A stretch of DNA of 64,000 nucleotides from an uncultured Candidatus Rokubacteria bacterium (GCA_963754315.1 CAVWFS010000007.1:256001-320000); one strand, 5' to 3'. Shown: positions 9,094 to 20,720, counted from the stretch's first letter. Program-made: numbers and translations. The notes: a model not told the origin generated them from the letters alone.

Positions 9094-10643
9094 GGTGTCG
9101 TTTGTCGGAGAGCCCGCAAGGCGCGCGGCAGTGCGTCGATGAGGTCCCCGGCGATGAGTGATTCCTGCCCGAGCGTGGCCGACGCAACGTCGCCAGCCAG
9201 ACCGTGCACATAGACGGCCGCCCGCAGGGCAGCCCCGGCTTCCGAGCCCCGGGCGAGGAGCGCGCCTGTCATTCCGGTGAGGACGTCACCCATGCCGCCC
9301 GAGGCCATTCCTGGATTGCCGGTCGGGTTGAGGAAGATTTGCCCGTCTGGATCACCGACGACACTCAGGGCGCCTTTCAGCACGAGGTGCACGCCGTGCG
9401 CTGTCACGAAGTCGCGCACACAGGCGATGCGGTCTCCCTCGACATCGGCCACCGTCACGCCCAGCATCCGCGCCATCTCTCCCGGGTGGGGCGTGAGGCA
9501 CCGCGGCCCGCGCCGCCGGGAAAGAAGATCCAGGTGGCCAGCCAGGGCGGACAGGGCATCGGCGTCGACCACCATCGGCTCCGGTAGATCACTGACAAGG
9601 CGCCGGGCGGCCTCCAGGGTCTCGGCGTCCAGGCCGAGTCCTGGTCCTAGTGCTACTGCATCTCGGGCGGCAGCCAGGGCCGAGATCCGCTCGACCGCCT
9701 CACGCGCGATCGTGCCCGCCCTCGTTTCGTCAAGCGCCTCGCTCATCGACTCGAGCAGCAGTGAGGCCACAATCGGTTGCTGGCTGGCCGGTGTACCCAC
9801 CGTCACGAGACCGGCGCCAATCCGCATGGCCGCACGCGCAGCGAGGGCGGCGGCCCCGGTCTTTCCCCGCGATCCGCCCACGACGAGCAGGTGACCATAG
9901 GTGCCCTTGTGGGCCTGGCGGGGGCGGTCGGGAAAGAGGGGCGCGACGTCCGACGCTTCCAACAGGTGCGTCGTGATCCCCCTCCCGACCTCGCTCTCCG
10001 GCACCCCGATTGGGATCACCCGAACCTGCCCGGCCAGCTCGGCGCCTTCACCCATGAGCAGGCCGCGCTTCAGGCCAGCGAAGGTCACGGTGAGCGTCGC
10101 CCGGATGGCCGGCCCGGGCGGCGTCCCGCCATCGGCCGACATGCCCGAGGGAACGTCCAGGGCGATCACCGGACGAGCGCTGGCATTGATCAGCTCGATC
10201 GCGCGTCGGGTCAGCCCGGAGGGCGCGCCCTTGGCGCCCGTGCCGAGCAAGGCATCGACGATGACGTCGGCGCGACGAAGGTGGCTGGTCACCAGATCCT
10301 CGTCATCGACCATACGAGGGCGGATCCCCACTCGGCGCAGGTCGGCGAGCTTGCGGGCAGAGTCCCCTCGAATCTCGGACGCGGGCGAGGTTAGCCACAC
10401 GGTAGGCCGCAAGCGCGCGCGGTGCAGCCAGCGCGCCGCCACGAACCCGTCGCCACCGTTACCGCCCTTCCCGCACACAATTTCCACCCTTGCCCCGCGC
10501 CGTGTGCGCCCGAGAAACTCGGCAATGGCTTCGGCAGCCCCCCGACCGGCGTTCTCCATGAGGACTGCACCGGGGATTCCGAGCGAGGAGGTGGCCCGCG
10601 TGTCCAGCCGCCGCATCTCGTCGGCCGTGAATACTGGGCGCAT
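9090..10643 (-). CDS. nnr: Bifunctional NAD(P)H-hydrate epimerase/dehydratase
   Basis: LMENAG, GKGGNGGDG, DALLGTG, TPHPGEM and GGMGDVL. Confidence 0.95.
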   Translation of the reverse strand: MRPVFTADEMRRLDTRATSSLGIPGAVLMENAGRGAAEAIAEFLGRTRRGARVEIVCGKGGNGGDGFVAARWLHRARLRPTVWLTSPASEIRGDSARKLADLRRVGIRPRMVDDEDLVTSHLRRADVIVDALLGTGAKGAPSGLTRRAIELINASARPVIALDVPSGMSADGGTPPGPAIRATLTVTFAGLKRGLLMGEGAELAGQVRVIPIGVPESEVGRGITTHLLEASDVAPLFPDRPRQAHKGTYGHLLVVGGSRGKTGAAALAARAAMRIGAGLVTVGTPASQQPIVASLLLESMSEALDETRAGTIAREAVERISALAAARDAVALGPGLGLDAETLEAARRLVSDLPEPMVVDADALSALAGHLDLLSRRRGPRCLTPHPGEMARMLGVTVADVEGDRIACVRDFVTAHGVHLVLKGALSVVGDPDGQIFLNPTGNPGMASGGMGDVLTGMTGALLARGSEAGAALRAAVYVHGLAGDVASATLGQESLIAGDLIDALPRALRALRQTTP

Positions 10644-10707
10644 GGCCTATCTGGAAGACGGCCGGGTGACGTTGTCGGCGAAGTCGGCGGGTGTTGCCGC
10701 AGCCACC

Positions 10708-11136
10708 CTAGTGTGCGATCTCGTCGTGGTCGCGCTCGGGGGCCTGTCCCGCGTCGTCACTCACGAACATCGCCTGAGCCATGGCGTAGTCGCCGTCGTG
10801 GGTGAGGGTGACCAGGACTCGACCACCACCCCGGCGACGGCTGATCTCACGCGAGCGGCCGGAGAGGACGAGCGAGGGAGGCTGACCCCGTTCCCGCCGG
10901 ACCTCCAGCTCGCGCCAGTTCACTCCGAACGATAGTCCGGTGCCCAGCGCCTTCAGAGCCGCCTCCTTGGCCGCGAAGCGCGCGGCGAAGTGGGGAACAG
11001 GATCCCGTCGCGCCCGGCAATAGGCGATCTCGCCTGCTGTGAAGACGCGCTGGACAAAACGCTCGTCCCAGCGCGCGATGATTTCCCGCATGCGCGAGAT
11101 GGGCACCAGGTCGATGCCGATCCCCTTGAGGATCAC
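10708..11136 (-). CDS. acpS: Holo-ACP synthase
   Basis: GIGIDLV, ARFAAKEAALKALGTG and LTHD. Confidence 0.95.
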   Translation of the reverse strand: MILKGIGIDLVPISRMREIIARWDERFVQRVFTAGEIAYCRARRDPVPHFAARFAAKEAALKALGTGLSFGVNWRELEVRRERGQPPSLVLSGRSREISRRRGGGRVLVTLTHDGDYAMAQAMFVSDDAGQAPERDHDEIAH

Positions 11137-12485
11137 GCCTCGCCGATGGCGGCCCGAATGACCCCGGCCAGCTCGTCAGCCATGCTGCGGATGCGCTCAC
11201 CGTCCGGCCCCTCGATCATCACGCGGGCGAGCGACTCCGTGCCCGAGTAACGGATCACGATGCGGCCGGCTCCGTTCATCTCCTGCTCGAACGCCTGAAC
11301 GCGGATGGGCACACCGCTCACCGAGTCGAGAGGTGGTTTGCTCCGGACCGGGACGTTGACCAGCACCTGGGGGAACTTTCGCATACATTGGGCCAGTGCT
11401 CCCAGCTTCGTGCCCGTCTCGGTCACAACCGAGAGCAGGGCGAGGGCCGAGAGGATCCCGTCGCCGGCCGGTGCATGGTCGAGGAACAGCAGGTGTCCTG
11501 ATTGCTCCCCTCCCAGATTGGCTTTGCTCCGCCGCATCTCCTCGAAGACGTAGCGGTCGCCGACCTGGGTGCGCACGACCTTGATTCCTTGGGCCGTCAG
11601 CGCCTCCTCCAGACCGAGATTGGCCATGACCGTCGTGACCACCACGTTGCTGTGCAGTCGTCCCTGCGCAGCCAGATGCCGCCCGGCGATGGCCAGGATG
11701 TAGTCACCGTCGCGAATCGCTCCCGTCTCGTCGACGGCAATCAGACGATCGCCGTCGCCGTCGAAGGCAAACCCGATGGTGGCCCCTCGCGCCGGGACCC
11801 ATCGCTGGAGCTCCTCAGGGTACAGCGCCCCCACCTTGTCGTTGATATTCGTGCCGGTCGGGGAGACTCCCATGGCGACCACGCGCGCCCCCAGACGGCG
11901 GAACACCATCGGCGCCACCCGGTAGGTGGCACCATGGGCACCGTCGAGGGCTACCGTCATGCCGTGGAGGTCGAGGGGAAAACAGCGAGAGAGGAAATTG
12001 ACATAGTCGCTTTCCGCGTGGTCGTAGCTGATCAGACGACCGACATGCTGCCGTCGGGCGCGAGGGGCGATGTCGGCCCCGGCCAGTCGCTGCTCGATCT
12101 CGAGCTCCCAGGCGTCGGGAAACTTCGTCCCCGTGGAGGCGAAGAGCTTGATGCCGTTGTCTTCGAAGGGATTGTGTGACGCCGTGAAGGCGACGCCGCC
12201 GTGCGCTTGCAAAGCGCGGGTCAGCAGGGAGATCCCGGGCGTGGGGAGAACACCGACCGCGTAGCAGTCCGCACCTGCCGACAGCGCCCCCGCCGCGAGG
12301 GCCGATTCTAGTAAGGGTCCCGAGCGACGTGTGTCCCGTCCGAGCACGAGGCGGACCTTTTCCGCCCCATGCTCGACCTGCAAGGTGGCCACCAGCTGCC
12401 GCCCAACCCGATAGGCCAGCTCGGGAGTCAGGGGCTCCTCGTTGGCGATCCCGCGGATGCCGTCAGTCCCAAACAGTCGCGTCAT
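11133..12485 (-). CDS. glmM: Phosphoglucosamine mutase
   Basis: Start MTRLFGTDGIRG at ATG 12485; ASHNP, DGDGDR, GGEQSGH and RYSGTE. Confidence 0.95.
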   Translation of the reverse strand: MTRLFGTDGIRGIANEEPLTPELAYRVGRQLVATLQVEHGAEKVRLVLGRDTRRSGPLLESALAAGALSAGADCYAVGVLPTPGISLLTRALQAHGGVAFTASHNPFEDNGIKLFASTGTKFPDAWELEIEQRLAGADIAPRARRQHVGRLISYDHAESDYVNFLSRCFPLDLHGMTVALDGAHGATYRVAPMVFRRLGARVVAMGVSPTGTNINDKVGALYPEELQRWVPARGATIGFAFDGDGDRLIAVDETGAIRDGDYILAIAGRHLAAQGRLHSNVVVTTVMANLGLEEALTAQGIKVVRTQVGDRYVFEEMRRSKANLGGEQSGHLLFLDHAPAGDGILSALALLSVVTETGTKLGALAQCMRKFPQVLVNVPVRSKPPLDSVSGVPIRVQAFEQEMNGAGRIVIRYSGTESLARVMIEGPDGERIRSMADELAGVIRAAIGEA

Positions 12486-12492
12486 GGGGTCC

Positions 12493-13378
12493 TCACGTGG
12501 CGCCCGCCGCTCGTGCCTGGCGAATCGCGGTAGCCACCCGCACGGCGTCTCGGGTTTCGCGCACGTCGTGAGCCCGAACGAGGGATGCTCCGTGGGCGAC
12601 GGCGAGGGCGGTGGCGGCCAGCGACCCCGCCAGCCGGTCCGCCGGCGAGGGCTGGTCGATGAGGGTCCCGATGAACGACTTGCGCGATACGGCAACGGCG
12701 AGCGGGCGACCGAACACCAGCAGGCGATCGAGATGGGCGAGGACTTCGACGTCCCATCTGTTCCATGGCGTGGGACCTGACCGGAAGAACCCAATTCCGG
12801 GGTCCAGCACGACCCGCTCCTCAGCGATCCCCATCGTACGTGCCCGCTCAAGGCTTCGCGCCAGGCACCCGGTCACTGTGGCGAGCGGCCCCTCCGGGAG
12901 CGGCGCCGTCGGATGTGGGAGAAGCCATGGCGATGAGCCCGGCCTCGTGGGCAGCCACGAGTCGGGCAAGCTCAGGATCGCCGAGACCTGAAACGTCGTT
13001 GATCACCTGAGCCCCCGCCTCGAGGGCGACGCGGGCGGGCGCCGCGCGGGGGGTGTCGGCCGAGATCGGAACGTCGAGCTTGGCCGCCAGGGCGCCTACC
13101 GCGCGTTCCAGGCGCTCACACTCTTGGGCCTCGTCGATCGTGTTGGGCACGTAGGGGGCGGTGGAGCGGGCGCCCACGTCGATGAGATCGGCCCCTGCCG
13201 CGACCATGCTCAGGGCCGCGTCCAGGAGAGCTTCCGGTTCGGCGTACACTGACCCTGCGTAGAACGACTCGGGGCTGACGTTCAGCGACCCCATCACCGC
13301 GACGGGAGCGCCATCCCCGAGGACCACGCCGGGCCACTCCGCCCGCCCCCAGATCACACCGTTGCCCCGCGCGCTCAT
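12493..13378 (-). CDS. folP: Dihydropteroate synthase (frameshift at ~12900)
   Basis: MGSLNVSPESFY, ISADT and INDVSG in one frame; LDPGIGF, SRKSF and VRAHDV in the other; canonical ftsH-folP-glmM position. Confidence 0.88.
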
Positions 13379-13408
13379 GGCCGTCGGCGATGTGTGAGTT
13401 CGAGCTGA

Positions 13409-15226
13409 CTAGGCGGGAGCCGGGGTTCCCTGATACTGCCCTGCGCGCAAGATGCGGGCGATCTCCTCGCTGTCGAGCGATTCGCGCTCGAGCAGGGCCC
13501 GCGCGAGGGCGTGCAGCTTGTCGAGGTTTTCCTCGAGAATCCTTCGCGCACGGTTGGCGCAGTCGAGCACGATCTGCTTGATCTCGCGATCGATGAGGAT
13601 CGCGGTGTCCTCGCTGTAGTCCTTCTGGCGCGCCACCTCGCGGCCCAGGAAGATGTGCTCCTCGTTCTTTCCGAAGGTGAGCGGACCAAGCTTCTCCGCC
13701 ATCCCCCACTCGCACACCATCTTCCGCGCCATCTCGGTGGCCTTTTCCAGATCGTCGCCGGCGCCCGTGGTCTGCTGGTTGAGGACCATCTCCTCGGCCG
13801 TGCGGCCTCCCATGAGAATGGTGATGCGGTTGACGAGGTACTCGCGTGAGTAATTGTATTTGTCGTCCATGGGCAGCTGCATGGTCAGGCCCAGCGCGCG
13901 CCCCCGCGGGATGATGGTCACCTTGTGGAGCGGGTCGGTCCCGGGCAAGACGTCCGCGACGAGCGCGTGTCCCGCCTCGTGGTAGGCGATGGTGCGCTTT
14001 TCGGTCTCGCTGATGATCATGGAGCGCCGCTCCACGCCCATCATGACCTTGTCCTTCGCGTACTCGAAGTCCGGCATTTCCACGATCTTCTTGTTCTGCC
14101 GCGCGGCCAGCAGGGCCGCCTCGTTGACGAGGTTGGCCAGGTCGGCTCCCGAGAAGCCAGGGGTGCCGCGGGCGAGCAACTTGAGCTCGACGTCGGCGGC
14201 CAGCGGAATGCGTCGGGCGTGGACGCGAAGAATCTCCTCGCGGCCCCTGACGTCGGGACGCGGCACCACCACCTGGCGATCGAAGCGACCGGGACGGAGC
14301 AGAGCCGGATCGAGCACGTCAGGCCGGTTGGTGGCGGCGATGAGGATGACCCCTTCGTTCGTCTCGAATCCGTCCATCTCGACCAGAAGCTGGTTGAGCG
14401 TCTGCTCTCGTTCGTCGTGGCCGCCGCCGAGCCCGGCGCCACGGTGGCGGCCCACGGCATCGATCTCGTCCATGAAGATGATGCAGGGCGCGTGCTTCTT
14501 GCCCTGTTCGAACAAATCACGAACGCGCGAGGCGCCTACCCCGACGAACATCTCCACGAAGTCGGAGCCGGAGATGGTGAAGAAGGGCACGTTGGCCTCG
14601 CCGGCGATGGCCTTGGCCAGAAGGGTCTTTCCCGTTCCCGGTGGTCCCACCAGGAGGACCCCCTTGGGGATCTTGCCCCCGAGCTTCTGGAACTTCTGCG
14701 GATCCTTGAGGAAGTCGATGATCTCCCGAAGCTCTTCCTTGGCTTCGTCGACCCCCGCCACGTCCTGGAAGGTCACCTTGTTCTGCTTCTCCGAGATGAG
14801 CCGCGCCCGTGCCTTGCCGAAGGAGAGAGCCTTGGCACCTCCGCCTTGCATCTGGCGCATGAAGAAGATCCAGACGCCAATGAAGAGGAGCATGGGTACC
14901 CACTGCAGGAAAATCGCGTACCACGGATTGGCGTCGGGCGGCTTGACGGCGATCCGTACCCCACGATCGCGCAGCATCTTGATGAGGTCAGGATAGTCGA
15001 CGATGTACGTGCGCTGCGGCTGGGCGCTGTCCTTCAGATAGTAGGTGACGAAGTTCCCCCGAATCTGGACCGATTCCACACGTGAGGCCTCGACGGCACG
15101 GAGGAATTCCGAGAAATTCGGCGGCTCGTGGCCTCCCTGCTGCGAGCCTTGGAAGACCGTGAACAGCAGAATGACGATGAGGCCAATGACCATCCAGAGG
15201 GCGAGATTCTTGTACACCTGATTCAT
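13409..15226 (-). CDS. ftsH: ATP-dependent zinc metalloprotease FtsH
   Basis: Start MNQVYKNL; two TMs, [15 protein letters not shown] region and HEAGH. Confidence 0.97.
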   Translation of the reverse strand: MNQVYKNLALWMVIGLIVILLFTVFQGSQQGGHEPPNFSEFLRAVEASRVESVQIRGNFVTYYLKDSAQPQRTYIVDYPDLIKMLRDRGVRIAVKPPDANPWYAIFLQWVPMLLFIGVWIFFMRQMQGGGAKALSFGKARARLISEKQNKVTFQDVAGVDEAKEELREIIDFLKDPQKFQKLGGKIPKGVLLVGPPGTGKTLLAKAIAGEANVPFFTISGSDFVEMFVGVGASRVRDLFEQGKKHAPCIIFMDEIDAVGRHRGAGLGGGHDEREQTLNQLLVEMDGFETNEGVILIAATNRPDVLDPALLRPGRFDRQVVVPRPDVRGREEILRVHARRIPLAADVELKLLARGTPGFSGADLANLVNEAALLAARQNKKIVEMPDFEYAKDKVMMGVERRSMIISETEKRTIAYHEAGHALVADVLPGTDPLHKVTIIPRGRALGLTMQLPMDDKYNYSREYLVNRITILMGGRTAEEMVLNQQTTGAGDDLEKATEMARKMVCEWGMAEKLGPLTFGKNEEHIFLGREVARQKDYSEDTAILIDREIKQIVLDCANRARRILEENLDKLHALARALLERESLDSEEIARILRAGQYQGTPAPA

Positions 15227-15234
15227 GGGTTGCC

Positions 15235-15243
15235 AGTATAGCA
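15235..15243 (-). promoter_or_regulatory. Extended -10 promoter of ftsH (likely leaderless)
   Basis: TG-C-TATACT 8 nt before the ATG, no SD. Confidence 0.55.
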
Positions 15244-15278
15244 CCACGGAGGGATGACGCGTCGCGTTGCGGCTCGAA

Positions 15279-15821
15279 TCACACGCCCTCGAGCACGGCC
15301 ACGTACGGGAGGTTCCGGAAGACGCCACCGTAGTCGAATCCGTATCCCACCACGTACACGTTGGGAACCGTGAAGCCGACGTAGTCGACCGATACCTCGA
15401 CTTGCCGCCGCTCGATCTTGTCGGCCAGGACGCACACGCGCACGCTTTTCGGATGCCGGGCCTCCAGGTTTCGCTTCAGGTAGGCCAAGGTCAGCCCGGT
15501 GTCCACGATGTCCTCCACGATCAGGACCTGGCGGTCCTCGATCGACATCGACAGATCCGACACGAGCCTTACCTGGCCGGACGAGGAGGTTCCACTCCCG
15601 TAGCTGGAGAGGCCGATGAAGTCCGTGGTGAGATCGATGGGAATCGCCCGGATCAGGTCCGCCATGAAGAGGAACGCGCCCTGGAGAACACCGACCAGGA
15701 CGGGATTCTCTCCCGCGTAGTCCCGGGCGATCTCCCGCCCCATCGCGGCGATGCGAACGCGCAGCTGCTCTTCGGTGATGACGACGCGGCCGGGTCGTGG
15801 GCCGTCAGCGGCTCGTGACAT
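15279..15821 (-). CDS. hpt: Hypoxanthine phosphoribosyltransferase
   Basis: [14 protein letters not shown] and VVGYGFD. Confidence 0.95.
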   Translation of the reverse strand: MSRAADGPRPGRVVITEEQLRVRIAAMGREIARDYAGENPVLVGVLQGAFLFMADLIRAIPIDLTTDFIGLSSYGSGTSSSGQVRLVSDLSMSIEDRQVLIVEDIVDTGLTLAYLKRNLEARHPKSVRVCVLADKIERRQVEVSVDYVGFTVPNVYVVGYGFDYGGVFRNLPYVAVLEGV

Positions 15822-16446
15822 AGCGCGCGCCCGCTACCGGCAGCCGCGAGGCGGCCGCGATGGCGGCCTCGCGCGTTGCATACGATCCCACGCGCACGCG
15901 ATAGCGGGGCGTGCCGGCGGGGCCGTCGCTTTCCACGATGTACGCCACATGGCCGGTCGCGGCCATCGTGCTGCGCAGGGCCTCGGCGGAGGCGCGGACG
16001 CTATAGGCGGCAATCTGGACGGTGAAGCGCGGCGCTGCGCTCTCGGCCTCGGCCTTGCGCGCGGACCCTTCGCGCTTCTCGGCCTTCGCCGCCTTGTCCT
16101 CGACGCGCGTCGGACTCGGCTCGGGCTTGTCCGGAGCTCGCCGGGGCTCGCTCGCGCTCAGCTTCGGCACCGCCGGTGCTGGCGAGACCGCCAACGGGGC
16201 GGTCAGCTCTTCGTAAAAGGTCAGGGGCGGTGGTGCCGCAGAGGCTAGCGCGCCGGGGGCCGACCCGCGAGGCGTGGGCACGGCAGTGGCCTGGCCGCCG
16301 GACGTCGAGCTTGTCGTACGGCTCAAGACTCGACCGCTGTAGAAGCCGGCCCCGAAGGTTAGGGTCAGAAGGCCGAGACAGCCGACGATCGCGAGGATCG
16401 TCCCCACCCGGCCTTCGTCACGTTGGCGCTGTCGTGCATTCATCAT
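15805..16446 (-). CDS. SPOR-domain membrane protein (FtsN/DedD-like)
   Basis: N-terminal TM, LTFYEEL, Pro-rich linker, FTVQIAAY...YRVRVGSY SPOR repeat; typical argS-SPOR synteny. Confidence 0.85.
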   Translation of the reverse strand: MMNARQRQRDEGRVGTILAIVGCLGLLTLTFGAGFYSGRVLSRTTSSTSGGQATAVPTPRGSAPGALASAAPPPLTFYEELTAPLAVSPAPAVPKLSASEPRRAPDKPEPSPTRVEDKAAKAEKREGSARKAEAESAAPRFTVQIAAYSVRASAEALRSTMAATGHVAYIVESDGPAGTPRYRVRVGSYATREAAIAAASRLPVAGARYVTSR

Positions 16447-18124
16447 CACATGCTCTCCGGTGCGCTCACCCCCAGAAGATCGAGGCCGCTGGCCACGACC
16501 TGCCCCACCGCGAGGCAGAGCGCGAGGCGCCCGGTCGCCAGAAGGCGGTCGTCCTGGATGATTCGGTGAGCCTTGTAGTACGGGTGGAACAGCCCGGCCA
16601 ACTCCTGGAGCCAATACGCGATGCGGTGGGGCTCGCGGGCGCGGGCGGCGGCCGCGAGCAGGTCGGGGTACTGCAGCAAGCGCTTGATGATCTGCTGCTC
16701 CTCGGGAAGCCTGAGGACGGTGGTGTCGATCTGGTCCCAGGCGGGCACCGCGATACCCTGCGCAGCGGCCTGGCGCGCGACGCTCCGGATGCGGGCGTGA
16801 GCGTACTGAACGTAGTAGACGGGATTGTCCGTCGTCTGCCGCGCGGCCACGGCCAGGTCGAAATCGAGAGGACTGTCGTGCCGGCGCGTCAGGAACGTGA
16901 AGCGGGCGGCGTCGCGCCCCACCTCCTCCAGCAACTCTTCCATCAGCACGAACTCCCCGCGCCGCTTCGACATCTTGACGGGCTGGCCGTCGCGCAACAG
17001 GGTGACGAGCTGCACGATCAGGACCTCGAGCGCCTCGGGAGCGTGACCGAGGGCCTGCATGGCTGCCCTGATCCGCCCCACGTATCCGTGGTGGTCGGCT
17101 CCAACGAGCGTGACGACCCGGTCGGCGGCGTCGAACTTCAGATAGTGGTGATAGGCCACGTCGACGGCAAAATAGGTCAGCTCGCCGTTCGATCGGCGCA
17201 GCACGCGGTCCTTGTCGTCCCCGAATACGGTCGACCGAAACCACAAGGCGCCGTCGTGCTCGTAGGTCAGCCCGCGCTTGGAAAGTGCCTCGATCGCGCG
17301 CTCGGGCAATCCCGCGTCGCGGACATCCCGCTGCTCGGACGACCACACGTCGAAGACGACGCCGTACTGTTGCAGCACCCGGCGCTGTTCGTCCACCAGG
17401 CGCTCGACGGCGTAGCGGCCCAGCCGATCAAGCTCCGCCGCATCGCCTTCCCCTGCGACCTGGACCGGGCCCCCCTCTCGAGGTAATGCCGAGCAAGGTC
17501 GATCAAGTACTCGCCAGGGTAGCCGTTCTCGGGCAGGCGCGTGTCTAGGGGGATCTCCCCGGGGCGCCGCTCGGTGGCCAGTTCTCGGATGCGGGCTCGA
17601 AATGACCGTGCCAGCGCCTCGGCCTGGTTGCCGGCATCGTTGATGTAATACTCGGAAACGACCTCTACCCCTTGACTGCGGAGGACCCGTGCGAGCGCGT
17701 CGCCGACGGCGGCCGCCCGGGCGTTCACGATCACCAGGGGGCCGGTTGGGTTAGCCGAGACGAACTCGACGCGAACCCTTTCCCCCCGCCCGCCCGTGCC
17801 GTGGCCGTAGCGGGCGCCATCGGCCAGGATGCGCAGCACCTGGCGCCCGCACCACAGAGGGGAGAGGAAGACGTTCAGGAACCCCGGACCGGCCAATTCT
17901 ATCCGCTCCACCTCCGGGAGGCTCGGGAGGTGCTTGACGATCAGGTCGGCGATCTGTCTCGGCGGCAGACCTGCGTCGCGAGCGAGGACGAGAGCGACGT
18001 TGGTCGCGTAGTCGCCGTGGCCGGCTTGCCGAGGAGGTTCCCAGCCTATGTCCTTTGGCATGGGCAGCCCAGCTGCCGCCAACGCGACCCTCACTGCATC
18101 CGTCAGCCGATCAATGATAGCCAT
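16446..18124 (-). CDS. argS: Arginyl-tRNA synthetase (frameshift at ~17450-17475)
   Basis: HGDYATN, AGPGFLN, EFVSANPTGPL, GADHHGY, KMSKR, YVQYAHAR and GVSAPESM. Confidence 0.93.
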
Positions 18125-18214
18125 CCGATTCTATGTGCTGAAAACACCTCAGACTCGAGCGGATTTCTGCATCATACCGAGGCTGAACCCGTGACCCAGC
18201 AGGAAAAACGTCAG

Positions 18215-19159
18215 CTATCGAGAGTAGTTTCTCAGCAACCAACCCCCAAGCAGGGCTACTAGTGTGCCAAGTGCTCCCACCCTGACCAGGCGCAGGCTTC
18301 GATCGATATGCTCGGCTCCAGGGAGGCTCCCGCTGCCGAGTCGGTACGCGCCGACCTTCTCCAAGACGACGCCAAGGGCTCCCGCCATGCTCGCCATGGT
18401 CCATCCAGCGTTGGGGCTGGCCGTCAGCCGGTGGTCACGGAGCATGGTCGACCATGAAACCCGGCCACGCCGCTCCACGAGGGCGGCCGCCAGTACGAGC
18501 GCGACGGCAGCCATCCGGGCGGGCACAAGATTCAGGAGGTCGTCGGCACGCGCCGCAGCCTTCCCGAAGTACTCCAGTGGTCCGTGTCGGTAGCCGAGCA
18601 TGGCGTCGGCCGTGTTTATGGCCCGATAGGCGCACGCGCCGCCCAGACCGAAGACGACGTAGAAGCAGAGCGGCGCGACGAACGAGTCTGTCAGATTCTC
18701 GGCCGCCGACTCGATCGTTGCCGACGCGACCCGGCCAGTATCGAGGGATCCCGTCGGCCGGCTCACCAGGTGGTAGCCCAGCAGCCTTCGCGCCTGGGCA
18801 AGGTCTTCCGTGCTGAGAGCTTCTCTAACCTGATGACAAGCATCCGTCAGACCTCGAAGGGAAATCAAAAGCTTGAGGGCCACTGCTTCGAGGATCACTC
18901 CAGGCCATCCGAGGCCGCGCACGCCGACGGAAAACACCATCGCGCTACCCCACGCCAGCCCGGCTACGGCCATGACGAGCACCGACCCTCGCAGAAGCAG
19001 GCCACCGGGGACACCGTACTCGAGCCTGACCCGGCCCCATCCGAGGAGGCTCCCGATCCACGCGACCGGGTGCCAGCGATTCGGGGGATCGGCGAGGAGC
19101 TGGTCGAGGACCACGGCGAGCACCATCACGGCGGGTCCCCACCAGACCGTGCTCGTCAC
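18215..19159 (-). CDS. cbiB: Adenosylcobinamide-phosphate synthase
   Basis: ADPPNRWHPV, LVSRPT, ESAAENLTD, NTADAMLGY and SPNAGW; GTG 19159 overlaps the cobQ stop. Confidence 0.92.
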   Translation of the reverse strand: MTSTVWWGPAVMVLAVVLDQLLADPPNRWHPVAWIGSLLGWGRVRLEYGVPGGLLLRGSVLVMAVAGLAWGSAMVFSVGVRGLGWPGVILEAVALKLLISLRGLTDACHQVREALSTEDLAQARRLLGYHLVSRPTGSLDTGRVASATIESAAENLTDSFVAPLCFYVVFGLGGACAYRAINTADAMLGYRHGPLEYFGKAAARADDLLNLVPARMAAVALVLAAALVERRGRVSWSTMLRDHRLTASPNAGWTMASMAGALGVVLEKVGAYRLGSGSLPGAEHIDRSLRLVRVGALGTLVALLGGWLLRNYSR

Positions 19160-20720
19160 CGTGGCATGCACGTCCCGCGCGGGTAGGCCAGTCCGGCGAG
19201 CCGTGCGACGCGGGTCACATCGATGGCCCCGCCCGCGATGTCCGCGAGGCGATCGTAAGGGTCGGCCCGCCCCTCGCCCCAGCGGGGATCCGGCCGCTTC
19301 CCCCGGCGGGCGGCCAAGCTTGTGAGCAGAGAACGCCGCGCCGAGCCGTTGGCGAACAGGCCGTGCAGATACGTTCCCTCGACGTTGCCCCGGGTATCGA
19401 CGGCTCCGTCGACATCCGTGACAGCGTGCCCTTCGCGGCTCAGGATGCCGAAGACGGGTCGAGAGTGTCTCGCCTCTCCAACATGTCCGGAGTGGCCCGT
19501 GTGGATCTCGTAGGCGGCAATCGGCCCGCCCGCGCCACAGAACAGTGGCGAGCTCGGCAGGCCCTTGGCCTCCACGTGCCGCGTGGTCTTGGGAGCGACG
19601 AACCTTGTTTCCACCGGAAGCAGCCCCAGCCCCGGCGCGCTTTCCGTCGACGATTCGATCCGCTCGGGATCCGAGATCGCTACCCCGAGCATCTGATATC
19701 CCCCGCAGATGCCCAGCACCGGTAGCCCAGAGCGGGCCGAGGCCCGGATGGCCTCGGCGAGACCGTGCCCGCGGAGCCACTCGAGATCAGAGATCGTGCT
19801 CTTGCTCCCCGGCAGGACGACGAGGTCGGTGCCCACCAACTCCTCGACGCTCTGGACGAAGCGAAGACGGACGCCGGGCTCGGTCGCGAGCGGCTCGAAT
19901 TCGTCGAAGTTGGCGATGCGGGGAAAGCGGACCACCGCGATGTCGATCGACGCCGGCATCGAGACGCGTGGGTCCGGGCGTCCAGGTCGAGGGAATCCTC
20001 GGCGGGGACAAGCCGTTCCTCGATGTACGGCACCACGCCGAGAACGGGTAGACCCGTGCGCGCGGTGAGCGCGGCGAGCCCCGGCTCGAGCAGCGCGAGA
20101 TCGCCGCGAAACTTGTTCACGATGAACCCTGCGATGCGCCGCCGGTCGTCAGACGCCAGCAGTTCCAAGGTACCGACCAGAGCCGCGAAGAGCCCTCCTC
20201 GGTCGATGTCGCCCACCAGGAGCACGGGCGCGTCCGCGAGGTGAGCGATGCGCATGTTGACGATATCGCTGTCGCGCAGGTTGATTTCGGCCGGGCTGCC
20301 AGCGCCCTCGATCACGACGAGATCATGGTGACTGCGCAACCGCTCGAGGCTCGCCGCCACCACGGGCAGGAGCCTGCTCTGCATCGCGGCGTACCCGCGG
20401 AAATCGACCCGTCCCCAGACCGCACCGCGCACGATCAGCTGCGAGTGCTCGTTGCTTTCCGGCTTGAGAAGAATGGGGTTCATATCCACGCTCGGATCCA
20501 GCCGGGCCGCTTCGGCCTGGGCGGCCTGCGCGCGGCCGATCTCGCCTTCCCCCGCCACCACCGCCGCATTGAGAGACATGTTCTGCGACTTGAACGGCGC
20601 CACGCGGTACCCCGCCCGCGTGAAGAGCCGGCACAGTGCGGCGGCGAGCACGCTCTTCCCCACCCCGGACCCTGTTCCCTGGATCATCAGACAGGGAGCC
20701 AGCTGACGTCGGCCGGTCAT
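19156..20720 (-). CDS. cobQ: Cobyric acid synthase (frameshift at ~19970)
   Basis: MIQGTGSGVGKS, PFKSQNMS, EGAGSPAEINL; GATase half PGSK, GICGGYQMLG, YEIH and GTYLHG. Confidence 0.93.

Noticed and set aside
11133..12851. Apparent N-terminal extensions or fusions in the ORF track (glmM 572 aa, cbiB 521 aa, cobS 468 aa, aroQ 396 aa, gspE 718 aa)
   Set aside because: Extensions overlap neighbouring real genes; family-typical starts lie downstream
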